DNA of 62,526 nucleotides, the filler included. It is 7 parts of 7 records of this genome, joined end to end, with 100 filler letters (N's around TTAATTAATTAA, not from the genome) between each part and the next. Parts side by side here need not be neighbours in the genome. Positions count along the whole stretch, not along the records: positions 1 to 11,172 come from SRR20825010_2821; positions 11,273 to 16,019 come from SRR20825010_2823; positions 16,120 to 34,604 come from SRR20825010_2842; 4 more parts are not named here. The stretch is one strand, 5' to 3'. The notes below the pieces were generated by a model, which saw nothing but the letters and a program-made list of their open reading frames with translations, was not told the origin of the DNA and did no database searches. Both the position numbers and the translations under genes were made by a program. Of this stretch, positions 9,844-19,634 are shown piece by piece (the first letter of the stretch is position 1; every line of letters starts with the position of its first letter).

Positions 9844-9851
9844 TAATTTTG
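9844..9851 (+). promoter_or_regulatory. Bacteroidota -7 promoter element (TAATTTTG)
   Basis: TAnnTTTG match 60 nt upstream of 9912. Confidence 0.45.
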
Positions 9852-9911
9852 TCCTATCAGTATTGACATAAATTAAAAGATGTCAATAAGTTCTAAACCT
9901 AGAAACTGTTT

Positions 9912-10952
9912 ATGGAACATAAGATAAACGCTTATAACAACCTCCTAGAACTTGTAGGAAACACCCCATTAATCAAACTAAATAAAATAGCTGCCAACTT
10001 AGAAGGTAATTTTTACGCTAAGGTGGAAGGTTTTAATCCAGGACATTCTTCAAAAGATCGTATTGCCCTTTATATTATTGAAGAGGCGGAGCGTAGGGGA
10101 ATTTTAAAGAAGGGGAGTACCATTATAGAAACCACTTCGGGAAATACGGGTTTTAGCATTGCCATGATCAGCATCATAAAAGGTTATGAATGCATCTTGG
10201 CGGTAAGTTCAAAATCTTCCAAGGATAAAATAGACATGCTGAGGTCTATGGGGGCAAAAGTATATGTATGCCCTGCACACGTTAGCGCAGATGATCCAAG
10301 GTCTTATTACGAAGTAGCCAAAAGATTGCACGAGGAAACCGAGGGATCTATATATATCAATCAATATTTCAATGATTTAAATTCCGAGGCCCATTACAAA
10401 AGTACGGGACCGGAAATTTGGAATCAGACCAACGGACATATTACTCATTTAGTAGCCTGTAGTGGCACGGGAGGTACTATTTCCGGTACCGCTAAGTATC
10501 TGAAGGAACAAAATCCGAATATACGTGTTATAGGAGTGGATGCATATGGTTCCGTTCTTAAGAAATACCATGAAACCGGTGAATTGGATACCAAGGAAAT
10601 TTATCCGTACCGTATTGAAGGTTTGGGTAAAAACTTGATACCTACGGCCACCAATTTCAAGGTAATTGACGAATTTATTAAGGTTACCGATGAAGAAAGT
10701 GCCCATACCGCTAGGGAGATATCCAGAACAGAAGGCCTTTTTGTAGGATACACAAGTGGAGCGGTAATGCAGGCCGTAAGGCAACTGGAGGAAATGGGCG
10801 AGTTTAATGAAGATAGCAATGTAGTGGTTATTTTTCCAGACCATGGTTCCAGATATATGAGTAAAATATACAGTGACCAGTGGATGGCCGACCAGGGATT
10901 CTTTGATAGTAAGAATGTTGAAGAACCACAAAAAATAGAATTTGTAAAGTAA
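9912..10952 (+). CDS. PLP-dependent cysteine synthase / cystathionine beta-synthase family enzyme, probably cysteate synthase (CapA-like)
   Basis: [14 protein letters not shown] (PLP Lys), TTSGNTG, SGTGGT and IEGLG motifs. The family call is firm; the CapA assignment rests on the neighbouring gene. Confidence 0.85.
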   Translation: MEHKINAYNNLLELVGNTPLIKLNKIAANLEGNFYAKVEGFNPGHSSKDRIALYIIEEAERRGILKKGSTIIETTSGNTGFSIAMISIIKGYECILAVSSKSSKDKIDMLRSMGAKVYVCPAHVSADDPRSYYEVAKRLHEETEGSIYINQYFNDLNSEAHYKSTGPEIWNQTNGHITHLVACSGTGGTISGTAKYLKEQNPNIRVIGVDAYGSVLKKYHETGELDTKEIYPYRIEGLGKNLIPTATNFKVIDEFIKVTDEESAHTAREISRTEGLFVGYTSGAVMQAVRQLEEMGEFNEDSNVVVIFPDHGSRYMSKIYSDQWMADQGFFDSKNVEEPQKIEFVK

Positions 10953-10975
10953 GGGTTATGCAAAATTTATGATTT

Positions 10976-11007
10976 AAAAAGCAACGGTTCATAAGTCGTT
11001 GCTTTTT
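10976..11007 (+). terminator. Intrinsic terminator
   Basis: AAAAA GCAACGG-TTCATAAG-TCGTTGC TTTTT, 23 nt after the stop codon. Confidence 0.75.
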
Positions 11008-11045
11008 ATGTATTAAATAAGTTGCATATGCGTATTAAAAATATA

Positions 11046-11053
11046 TACTTTTG
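11046..11053 (+). promoter_or_regulatory. Bacteroidota promoter (-7 TACTTTTG; -33 TTG at 11022-11024)
   Basis: Consensus match with a 21-nt spacer, 23 nt upstream of ATG 11077. Confidence 0.6.
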
Positions 11054-11076
11054 CACTAATAATCAACGTAGTCTAG

Positions 11077-11172
11077 ATGAGAGATTTATTTGACAGAATT
11101 ATTGAGAATAAAGGTCCTTTAGGAAAATGGGCCTCACAAGCCGAGGGATATTTTGTATTTCCTAAATTGGAA
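11077..11172 (+). CDS. 5' fragment of an alpha-oxoamine synthase family PLP enzyme (serine palmitoyltransferase-like; probable cysteate acyltransferase CapB)
   Basis: Hand translation MRDLFDRIIENKGPLGKWASQAEGYFVFPKLE, which I recognise as the N-terminus of this flavobacterial family. Truncated by the contig end; only 32 codons are visible. Confidence 0.6.
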
Positions 11173-11272
11173 NNNNNNNNNNNNNNNNNNNNNNNNNNNN
11201 NNNNNNNNNNNNNNNNTTAATTAATTAANNNNNNNNNNNNNNNNNNNNNNNNNNNNNNNNNNNNNNNNNNNN
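11173..11272. other. Artificial contig spacer
   Basis: 44 N + TTAATTAATTAA (stops in all six frames) + 44 N. Confidence 0.98.
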
Positions 11273-12133
11273 AGGTCTTCTCAAAAGAAGAGAAACTTCA
11301 CGGTAAGCTACAGCTTGCTTAGAAAGATCATCATAAACTACCAATGCAGGACGACCTGTATCTCGGAAGAATTCACCGATCGAGGCACCCGTAAATGGAG
11401 CAAAGAATTGCATTGGAGCTGGCTCAGATGCTGGAGCTGCTACAATTACTGTATAAGGAAGTGCGCCGCCTTTTTCTAATGCTGCTACTACTCCAGCAAC
11501 GGTAGATGCTTTCTGACCGATTGCAACGTAGATACAGAAAACTGGCTCACCTTTATCGTAAAATTCTTTTTGGTTCAAAATAGCATCGATAACTACTGCT
11601 GTCTTACCAGTCTGACGGTCACCAATTACTAATTCTCTTTGTCCTCTACCGATAGGAATCATTGCATCGATTGCTTTGATACCTGTCTGAAGAGGCTCAG
11701 TTACTGGCTGACGATAGATAACACCTGGTGCTTTACGCTCCAAAGGCATCTCGTACAATTCACCAGTGATAGGGCCTTTACCGTCAATAGGGTTACCCAA
11801 GGTATCCACTACACGGCCAAGCATTCCTTCACCTACTTGAAGTGAAGCAATTCTCTTCGTTCTCTTTACTGTATCACCTTCTTTGATTCCTCTGGAATCT
11901 CCGAAAAGTACAGCTCCTACATTGTCTTCTTCAAGGTTCAGTACCATTGCTTTCAGACCATTGTCGAATTCTAGCAATTCACCAGCTTGAGCCTTAGAAA
12001 GTCCATAGATACGAGCTACACCATCCCCCACTTGAAGGACTGTACCTACTTCTTCGAGTTCTGCTTCGGTTCTTGCACCAGAGAGTTGCTCTCTTAAAAT
12101 TGCCGAAACTTCATCAGGTCTTACTTCTGCCAT
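11273..12133 (-). CDS. atpA: F1 ATP synthase subunit alpha (3' truncated)
   Basis: [19 protein letters not shown] (Walker A) and [21 protein letters not shown]. Confidence 0.97.
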
Positions 12134-12158
12134 GATATATTAAGATTAATGCTTTTGA

Positions 12159-12719
12159 TTAGATTTTACTTTCGTAATGATTTTGGGTAAACTGAGTTTT
12201 CAAAATTCTCAGTTTGCTACTCAATGACTCGTCAATCTGACGATCATTTACTGTCAAAATATATCCACCTATCAGGTCTGGATTTATTTTCTCTACCAAT
12301 TGTACTGATTGCTTACCAGAAATCTCCTTCACTACTTCTGCAAACTCCTTACGAAGGTTGTCATCGATAGGGAAAGTAGTCGTCACTTCAGCTACCTGAA
12401 TAGACTTATGTAGGTTATACTGGTTTTCAAATTCCTTTGCTACGTCAAGAAGAATCTCTTCTCTGTTCTTACCCGACACGATTTCGAAGAAAGTCATCGT
12501 AAGCGGTTCAACTTTATTAGCAAAAAGCGCTTTCAGCACATTCAGTTTCTTATCAGAATTGACAACTGGATTCCTAAGAACAACCGACAATTCATGATTA
12601 CTTTCTGCCAATGCAGTCAGTCTTAGGAAATCTGTATGTACCTCCTCTAGTCTTCCTTTTTCCAAAGAAAGTTCCATGATTGACTTGGCATAGCGGGATG
12701 CTACTCTCTGGTTTGACAT
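12159..12719 (-). CDS. atpH: ATP synthase subunit delta
   Basis: ASRYAKS, NPDLIGGY..DES; operon position. Confidence 0.93.
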   Translation of the reverse strand: MSNQRVASRYAKSIMELSLEKGRLEEVHTDFLRLTALAESNHELSVVLRNPVVNSDKKLNVLKALFANKVEPLTMTFFEIVSGKNREEILLDVAKEFENQYNLHKSIQVAEVTTTFPIDDNLRKEFAEVVKEISGKQSVQLVEKINPDLIGGYILTVNDRQIDESLSSKLRILKTQFTQNHYESKI

Positions 12720-12728
12720 GGAGGAGTT

Positions 12729-13223
12729 TTAATTAAGCTTAAGTTCTTTGATAAATCCATCAACCAAATCCTTTTGAGACTTGTCATCAGATAGATTTTT
12801 TCTCAACAATTTCTCTGTAATGTCTAAAGAAAGAGCAGCTACCTGATTCTTCACATCAGCCAAAGCAGCCTTCTTTTCAGTTTCGATGACAGCCTTAGCG
12901 TTTTCGATCATCAAAGCACCTGCCTTTAGAGCTTCGTTCTTCGCATCATCGATCATTTTTACAGACACATCTTGTGCTTTCTTCAGGATGGTATCTCTCT
13001 CCAGTCTAGCGTCAGCAAGAAGTTTTTCATTCTCTGCTTTCAAGTTAGCCATTTCATTTCTAGCAGTTTCTGCTGCTTTCAATGCATTGTTGATACTGGT
13101 TTCTCTCTCTTCAATAGCTGCAAGCATCGGCTTCCACGCAAACTTGATTAGGATAAACAAGAGTGCTAAAAACCCAAACAACTGCCAGAAGATCAGTCCG
13201 GAACTAGGTAAAATAAGATCCAT
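12729..13223 (-). CDS. atpF: ATP synthase subunit b
   Basis: N-terminal TM helix, KFAWKP..ERE, long coiled coil. Confidence 0.93.
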   Translation of the reverse strand: MDLILPSSGLIFWQLFGFLALLFILIKFAWKPMLAAIEERETSINNALKAAETARNEMANLKAENEKLLADARLERDTILKKAQDVSVKMIDDAKNEALKAGALMIENAKAVIETEKKAALADVKNQVAALSLDITEKLLRKNLSDDKSQKDLVDGFIKELKLN

Positions 13224-13250
13224 TAGATATATATAATTTCGTTATTGTTC

Positions 13251-13282
13251 AAAAAGAGGGATTGGCCTGAAAGACCAATCCC
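13251..13282 (-). terminator. Terminator-like hairpin between atpE and atpF
   Basis: Minus strand GGGATTGGTC-TTTCA-GGCCAATCCC followed by TCTTTTT. Confidence 0.65.
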
Positions 13283-13295
13283 GTTTCATTTGTTC

Positions 13296-13562
<267 letters not shown>

Positions 13563-13593
13563 TTATTTATAAATTGAACAAAGAAATTCCTAA

Positions 13594-14637
13594 TTAATGC
13601 GCTTCATCATGTGCATGCTCTGCTACCGCAGATCCAATATACATGGCAGTGAAGAGTGTAAAGACATAAGCCTGGATAGTAGCTACCAATAGCTCAATCA
13701 GGTTGATAAATGTCACCATCAGCGTGCTAATCACACCTATAGTGTACGACTCAAAGATAAAGACCAAAGCTATAAAAGCCAAGATCACAATGTGTCCTGC
13801 CGTAATTGCTACAAAAAGACGAACCATCAAAGCGAAAGGCTTAGTAAACAAACCAATAATCTCAACAGGAACGATCACCAAAAGCAAAGGAATAGGAACT
13901 CCAGGAGTCATGAAGACGTGCTTCCAGTAATCCTTATTACCATTGACATTTACAATAATGAATGTCAAAACTGCTAGTGTCGCAGTGACAGCGATATTAC
14001 CTGTAAGGTTGGCTGCACCAGGTAGCAAACCGATCAAGTTACCTATCCAGATAAAGAAGAATAGAGTAAGAAGGTAAGGAACGAATTTCTTATACTTCGG
14101 CCCTATAGCAGTAAGAGCTATCTCGTCTCTTACAAAGATCACTATAGGCTCTACAAATGCCGCAGCTCCTTTTGGAGCAACAGCACCATGCTTCTTATAA
14201 TGACCTGCTGCAGAAAGAGACAAAATCAAAACCACTGCAATCACTAAAAACATCATCGCGACGTTCTTTGTAATAGATAAATCCGTAAAACTAGCACCAT
14301 CTACTCTTCCCATGTGATCATGAGAATCAATAAAATACCCTTCGTGTGCATATTCTTCGCCGAAAGCATGTGTATCATGATTTTGGAAGTCTGAAGAATT
14401 AAATATCTCCAATCCTCTATCACCAGAATATACAATCACCGGCAATGAAAGTGTCACATGAGTGTGGCCAACATTGAAAAAATGCCATTCGTGTGAGTCC
14501 TTGATGTGATGCATGATGAAGCCCGTAGGGTCTTCACCTCCATCTTCAGAATCAGCTCCAGCAGCAAAAGACACACTGGATAAACTCAGCAAAAACGCTG
14601 ACAATAAAATACTTAGGGAAAGAAATTTGCGCGTCAT
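13594..14637 (-). CDS. atpB: ATP synthase subunit a (Bacteroidota long N-terminus)
   Basis: KPFALMVRLF (essential Arg), AGH and IQAYVF. Confidence 0.95.
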   Translation of the reverse strand: MTRKFLSLSILLSAFLLSLSSVSFAAGADSEDGGEDPTGFIMHHIKDSHEWHFFNVGHTHVTLSLPVIVYSGDRGLEIFNSSDFQNHDTHAFGEEYAHEGYFIDSHDHMGRVDGASFTDLSITKNVAMMFLVIAVVLILSLSAAGHYKKHGAVAPKGAAAFVEPIVIFVRDEIALTAIGPKYKKFVPYLLTLFFFIWIGNLIGLLPGAANLTGNIAVTATLAVLTFIIVNVNGNKDYWKHVFMTPGVPIPLLLVIVPVEIIGLFTKPFALMVRLFVAITAGHIVILAFIALVFIFESYTIGVISTLMVTFINLIELLVATIQAYVFTLFTAMYIGSAVAEHAHDEAH

Positions 14638-14655
14638 CTACTCTTTTTTTGAGGG

Positions 14656-15039
14656 CTACTTCGAAATCGGGCGCAAGTTAGCCAGAAAGGTGTAGATATC
14701 AAAAACCAGATAGAACAAAAAGAGAATAAAGAAATCCACAACAAACACTAGAATATTCTCTGTCCCCATAAAAACCATGATTCCTATGAAGGATAAGGAG
14801 GCGATTAACCTAATTACCATACCCAACATTTTAACCTGAATAAGGTTTTCAGTAGAACCTTTAAGCAGCCAAATGCTTGTTACACCTACCAAATAAGAGG
14901 ATATTGCTAGAAATAACAGAATTTTCCAAATGTCAGCATGAATCGTAGATGGCAACAACCAGCTAAGCAATATCACCAGTAAACTCAAAATTCCTGTCAG
15001 AAGGAAAAATTTTAAATGATAGTTAGATTTCAAAACCAT
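14656..15039 (-). CDS. AtpI-like membrane protein
   Basis: Four hydrophobic segments; directly upstream of atpB. Confidence 0.65.
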   Translation of the reverse strand: MVLKSNYHLKFFLLTGILSLLVILLSWLLPSTIHADIWKILLFLAISSYLVGVTSIWLLKGSTENLIQVKMLGMVIRLIASLSFIGIMVFMGTENILVFVVDFFILFLFYLVFDIYTFLANLRPISK

Positions 15040-15085
15040 GGGGATTAATTTATCACAAATTTATCCCAAATTTTCTTTTGTCTAA

Positions 15086-15313
15086 CTACTTATCCGACCG
15101 AATCGAAGTCCATAATTGGTAAAAGGCAATCCCAATGGAAAGGAAACAAAAAAGAAGTAACCATACGGGGAATTTCATATCACTCTTTTGCTGCAGCCAC
15201 CACCCAAACCAAGTGCCGCCACCAATTACTCCAAAAAGCTGAAACGATAGACCTATGTATTTTACATAAACAGGTGTGCTCTTTGGTTCTGTATTTTTTG
15301 ATTCTGGTGTCAT
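15086..15313 (-). CDS. AtpZ/AtpI family small membrane protein
   Basis: KYIGLSFQ..GWWLQ with two TM helices; first gene of the atp operon. Confidence 0.7.
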   Translation of the reverse strand: MTPESKNTEPKSTPVYVKYIGLSFQLFGVIGGGTWFGWWLQQKSDMKFPVWLLLFCFLSIGIAFYQLWTSIRSDK

Positions 15314-15458
15314 AGGATTGTTTTCTATTCCTTAAAAATATGGAAAACTACGAGCGAATATCCTGCCACATGAAAATGAAGAAATAATAGAAGGCTCAAT
15401 TCGTTCACTAAGTAAACCAAAAAACCTATTTTGCTACTTGAATTGGGCAAAACCACTC

Positions 15459-16019
15459 ATGAGGATATTTTCTGGACTAGCGATAGTCATTTTACTTTTT
15501 AGCGTAGCGTGTTCTTCTGAGCGCAACACCTTTACTAACAGGACATTTCATAATGTCACTGCGCATTTCAATGCCTATTACCTTGCTGATGTCAAATTAA
15601 CAGAGGTAGAAACTGAAGTTTTTCAAAATTACAAAGAGGACTACACTCAGATCCTTCCTGTTTTTATACCATTTGATTCTGCCACGATTCAATCCAATGC
15701 AGAGAAACTTCAATCTTCCCGTGAATTGGCTTCCAAAGCCATCGAATGGCATAGAATCAGTAATTGGGTTGATGATAGTTATTACCTTCTCGGAAAGCTT
15801 GATTATTATCAATCACACTTTGATGACGCTCAGAATACCTTCAAATACATTAATGTCAATTCAAAAAGTCCGGATCTACGGCATCAGACACTGATCACCT
15901 TGCTTCGTCTCTATGTGGATCAGGGGGAAGTAGAAAACGCAAACTTCACTATTGACTACCTCTCCAAGGAAAGCGGTATCTCGGAAAGAAACCGTTACGA
16001 ACTGTATAGAACCCTTGCC
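15459..16019 (+). CDS. TPR lipoprotein, SprE/PorW-like type IX secretion / gliding protein (3' truncated)
   Basis: Lipobox VAC, FHNVTAHFNAYY, and WVDDSYYLLGK TPR segment; divergent from the atp operon. Confidence 0.65.
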
Positions 16020-16119
16020 NNNNNNNNNNNNNNNNNNNNNNNNNNNNNNNNNNNNNNNNNNNNTTAATTAATTAANNNNNNNNNNNNNNNNNNNNNNNNN
16101 NNNNNNNNNNNNNNNNNNN
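16020..16119. other. Artificial contig spacer
   Basis: N run with central TTAATTAATTAA. Confidence 0.98.
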
Positions 16120-16598
16120 GTGTGGGCGAGCCCTATAATTCACTGGCTGTGAATCAGGGTTTGGGCACGATTGTGGCCACGTCCAACAGCTTGTGGCCCA
16201 ACGCCCCCGAGAAAGTTCTGGGGTGCACCCGGTCGTGGGCGGAAAGCAACCCTGCGGCACTTGCAGGCTTGGTCAGCGCTTTGCGCAAAGCCTGTTTGTG
16301 GCTGGAGGGGGGGCTTGAAAACCGACGGCAGGCGGCGGCCTGGTTGTCCAATTCAGACCACGTGAATTTGCCACAGGATGTATTGGAAATGGCCTTGCTG
16401 GAAAGCGTCAAGGGTTTGGTGGGTGATGCAGTGAATTTGAAAGGCAGCGACCCCTTCATTCACTTTGATGGTCTTGCCCTTACGCAGGATCAACGCCCTT
16501 TGTTTGAATCCCTGGTGGTTGAAACCCATGCCCTGACCACTGAAATGCCTTTGGAGAAGGCGCAATTCGCCAATGGCCTGTTGCCGTTTGCCTATTAA
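16120..16598 (+). CDS. CmpA/NrtA-family nitrate-binding protein, C-terminal fragment (probably regulatory NasS)
   Basis: VGEPYN and PEKVLG motifs; no permease gene follows. Confidence 0.7.
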
Positions 16599-16666
16599 GT
16601 AATTTGCGCAGGGCATGCATCGTGATTACACTTGAGCGTTGAAAATGCTCGCAGTTGGAGTGCAGT

Positions 16667-17260
16667 ATGTCGGGTTCAAGCCGTGGCGTTTGGGTGTTTG
16701 TGTTGTGTGCGTTGTTGGGTGGGGCCATGGTGCATTCCCCTGCGAAGGCCGCAACAAGAACGGACATTGATGATGCAATTCTTCAATTGGGCAAAGCAGT
16801 GCCCGGCATGAAGCTTGAAGTTGAGCTGACCAAAACATGGAGCAGGGCCTACATTTCTGACCGGGTCGAGGGTGCGTTGCTGACCATGGATCCTGATTTC
16901 CTGAATCGACTGACGCCCGATGGTGTGATGTTCGTGATTGCCCACGAGTATGCGCACGTGCACCTTGATCACCAAAAGAAATTGGGTTTTAAGGCCATGG
17001 AGCTGGCAGGTATGCCTACGCCCGACATGGCGTTTGACGCCATTGAGCGCAACCCCGCCACCATGGAAAAACTACATGCCATGAACCGGCAGTTCGAGCT
17101 GGACGCCGATGAGGCTGCCACCAAATGGCTGGCGGCATTGGGCATTGGTGCGTGCACCGAAGATGTGCTTCGTAGTATCGATGGCGCCGACATGATGATG
17201 CCGGTGGTGCCTTCGCACCCCGGTTTTTACAGCCGCAAACAGATTATTTGCAGGAAGTAA
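16667..17260 (+). CDS. Exported M48-like zinc metallopeptidase
   Basis: Signal peptide, AHEYAH, ELDAD and SHP; GGAG Shine-Dalgarno before ATG 16667. Confidence 0.7.
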   Translation: MSGSSRGVWVFVLCALLGGAMVHSPAKAATRTDIDDAILQLGKAVPGMKLEVELTKTWSRAYISDRVEGALLTMDPDFLNRLTPDGVMFVIAHEYAHVHLDHQKKLGFKAMELAGMPTPDMAFDAIERNPATMEKLHAMNRQFELDADEAATKWLAALGIGACTEDVLRSIDGADMMMPVVPSHPGFYSRKQIICRK

Positions 17261-17279
17261 GGGTTAAGCCGCTTGTGGG

Positions 17280-18530
17280 TTAAACCGATTGTGCCACCCA
17301 TTCCACCCAGTGGCGCACGTCCACCGTTGCATCGCTTTCCAAATGCCCCAAGCAACCAATATTGGCCGATGCTATGGCTTGTGGTTTGCCCGCCATCAAG
17401 TTGGCCAGCTTGCGTTTTTTCAGTTCTTTCGACAATTCAGGTTGCAGCACTGAATAGGTGCCCGCTGAACCACAACACAAATGCGAATCAGCCACGGGCG
17501 TTAGCTTGAAGCCCAGGGTGGTCAGCACGTTTTCAATCACGCCCTTGATTTGCTGGCCGTGTTGCAGTGTGCAAGGGGGGTGAAACGCGATGGTGCCGGG
17601 AATGCGTTGTTGCTCAATGGCTGCTTTTACTTTGGTGCCCAGGCGGGCTAGGCCATCGGCGTTTTGCTGGGTAATGAATTCGCCAATGTCCAGGGTTTTG
17701 TCGCTGACCAGCTTGGCTTTGGCGGCGTATTCCGCGTCGTTCTCAAAGTGGTGTGCGTATTCACGCACTGTAACGCCGCAGCCCGATGCATTCATCACCA
17801 AGGCTTCAGCTTCACCGCTTTGTAGTAGCGAATACCAGGCATCAATATTGGTTTTCATTTGTGCCAAACCACCTGCATGGTCGTTCAGGTGAAACTTCAC
17901 AGCACCACAACAACCCGATTCCTGAACCACCATGCTTTGAATGCCCAGTGCATCGAGAATGACCGATGTTGCACTGTCAATCGACGGCATCATGGCCGGT
18001 TGCACACAGCCTTTCAGCAATATTACTTTGCGTGTGTGTGCCGTGTTGGCAAAGGGCAGGGTGGTGCGTTTGGCGGGTACTTTTTTCTGAATGCTGGCAG
18101 GCAATATGCCGCGCACGGCTTTGCCCATGGCCATGCCCGCTGTGAACAAAGGGCGGTTGGTCATCAGCATTTTCAGGCTTTCGCGTGTCAGCTTTTCTGC
18201 CATGGGGCGCTCTACGCGCTCATCCACAATTTTTCGGCCAATGTCGATCAACTGGCCATATTTCACGCCCGAAGGGCAGGTGGTTTCGCAGTTGCGGCAG
18301 GTTAGGCAACGGTCCAGGTGTTGTTGGGTTTTGCGGGTAACCTGTTTGCCTTCCAGCACTTGTTTGATCAGGTAAATTCGCCCACGTGGGCTGTCCAGTT
18401 CGTCGCCCAGAATTTGGTAGGTAGGGCAGGTGGCTGTGCAAAAACCGCAGTGCACGCACTTGCGCAAAATGGCGTCAGCGGCCTTGCCATCGGGGGTGTC
18501 TTTGATCCAGTCGGCGAGTTGGGTGTCCAT
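17280..18530 (-). CDS. glcF: Glycolate oxidase iron-sulfur subunit
   Basis: CVHCGFCTATCP, CLTCRNCETTCP and two CCG domains. Confidence 0.93.
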   Translation of the reverse strand: MDTQLADWIKDTPDGKAADAILRKCVHCGFCTATCPTYQILGDELDSPRGRIYLIKQVLEGKQVTRKTQQHLDRCLTCRNCETTCPSGVKYGQLIDIGRKIVDERVERPMAEKLTRESLKMLMTNRPLFTAGMAMGKAVRGILPASIQKKVPAKRTTLPFANTAHTRKVILLKGCVQPAMMPSIDSATSVILDALGIQSMVVQESGCCGAVKFHLNDHAGGLAQMKTNIDAWYSLLQSGEAEALVMNASGCGVTVREYAHHFENDAEYAAKAKLVSDKTLDIGEFITQQNADGLARLGTKVKAAIEQQRIPGTIAFHPPCTLQHGQQIKGVIENVLTTLGFKLTPVADSHLCCGSAGTYSVLQPELSKELKKRKLANLMAGKPQAIASANIGCLGHLESDATVDVRHWVEWVAQSV

Positions 18531-18539
18531 GCGTTCTAC

Positions 18540-19622
18540 TTACAAAATGGGTGACAGGCGGTTGATGCTGAACACACCAGCCGGGTCGAATTGTTCTTTC
18601 AGGCGGCGTTGCAATTTCAGCATGACCGCATCGGGTTGCTGGAACGCGTGCACGCGCGCTGCTTCGTTGCTTGTGCGGTATAGGGTGGCATGGCCACCCA
18701 CGCGTTTGGCGATCGCGCGAATTTGTTCAGCGTTTGTGCCCTGGTTTTCGTTGGCGCGGAACCAGCGCAAACCACTGCCCCATTCATGCACGCTTTGGCC
18801 GTGCATGGCCAGGTCTACTGTGGTGGGTGGCACAGCCATGCGCCACAAGTCGCCTTCGCGGGTGAAAAATTCATGTTGCTGGTCGCGTACGCTGGTCCAA
18901 AAGTCTTTTGCCTGCTGTGCGCCCATTTCATGCCCGCCCATGTTTTTTAGTGCGGCTTGCACAGCGGCACTTGCACCACGCAGGCGAACAGTCAGTTTGC
19001 CCTTCTCAAAAAAAGTGGCTGAAATTGGCAGGGGTTTGGACAGCCATTCATTGCTTTGCGCAATGGCTTTGTTCACATCCATTTCGAACTGCAGGGTGGC
19101 TTCAGCCGGTGCAACGGGCATTACCTTGATCGACAATTCTGTAACAATGCCAAGCGTGCCCATGCTGCCGGGAATAACACGCGCTACATCGTAACCAGCC
19201 ACGTTTTTCATGACCACGCCACCGAAGTGCAGCAGTTGGCCTTTGCCATCCAGCAGGGTGCAGCCCAGCACGTAATCTTTCACGCCGCCACGGCTTAAGC
19301 GGGCGGGGCCTGCAAGGCCGCTGGCGATGGCACCGCCGATTGTTCCATTCAGCCCCAGCCGCGGTGGCTCAAAAGCCAGTTCCTGTTTTTGCGCAGCCAG
19401 TGCTGCTTCCACTTCGGCCAATGGGGTGCCGGGCTTTGCGGTGATCACCAATTCTGTGGGTTCGTATTCCACAATGCCGGCCCATTGGTGCATGTCCACT
19501 ACTTCACCTTGCAAGGGGCCACCGTAGAAGTTCTTGGTGCCGCCACCCACTGGGCGAAGTTGTGTGTTGTTGCGTGCAGCCAGTTCAACCCGTTTGCACA
19601 GGTCGTCGATAAAGTCGCTCAT
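18540..19622 (-). CDS. glcE: Glycolate oxidase FAD-binding subunit
   Basis: YEPTELV, GGVVMKNVAGYD and FDPAGVF. Confidence 0.92.
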   Translation of the reverse strand: MSDFIDDLCKRVELAARNNTQLRPVGGGTKNFYGGPLQGEVVDMHQWAGIVEYEPTELVITAKPGTPLAEVEAALAAQKQELAFEPPRLGLNGTIGGAIASGLAGPARLSRGGVKDYVLGCTLLDGKGQLLHFGGVVMKNVAGYDVARVIPGSMGTLGIVTELSIKVMPVAPAEATLQFEMDVNKAIAQSNEWLSKPLPISATFFEKGKLTVRLRGASAAVQAALKNMGGHEMGAQQAKDFWTSVRDQQHEFFTREGDLWRMAVPPTTVDLAMHGQSVHEWGSGLRWFRANENQGTNAEQIRAIAKRVGGHATLYRTSNEAARVHAFQQPDAVMLKLQRRLKEQFDPAGVFSINRLSPIL

Positions 19623-19634
19623 GGTTTCGTTCTT

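Noticed and set aside
11217..11228. Recurring TTAATTAATTAA as a biological repeat or CRISPR-like unit
   Set aside because: Always centred in N runs and places stops in all six frames; it is a joining linker.
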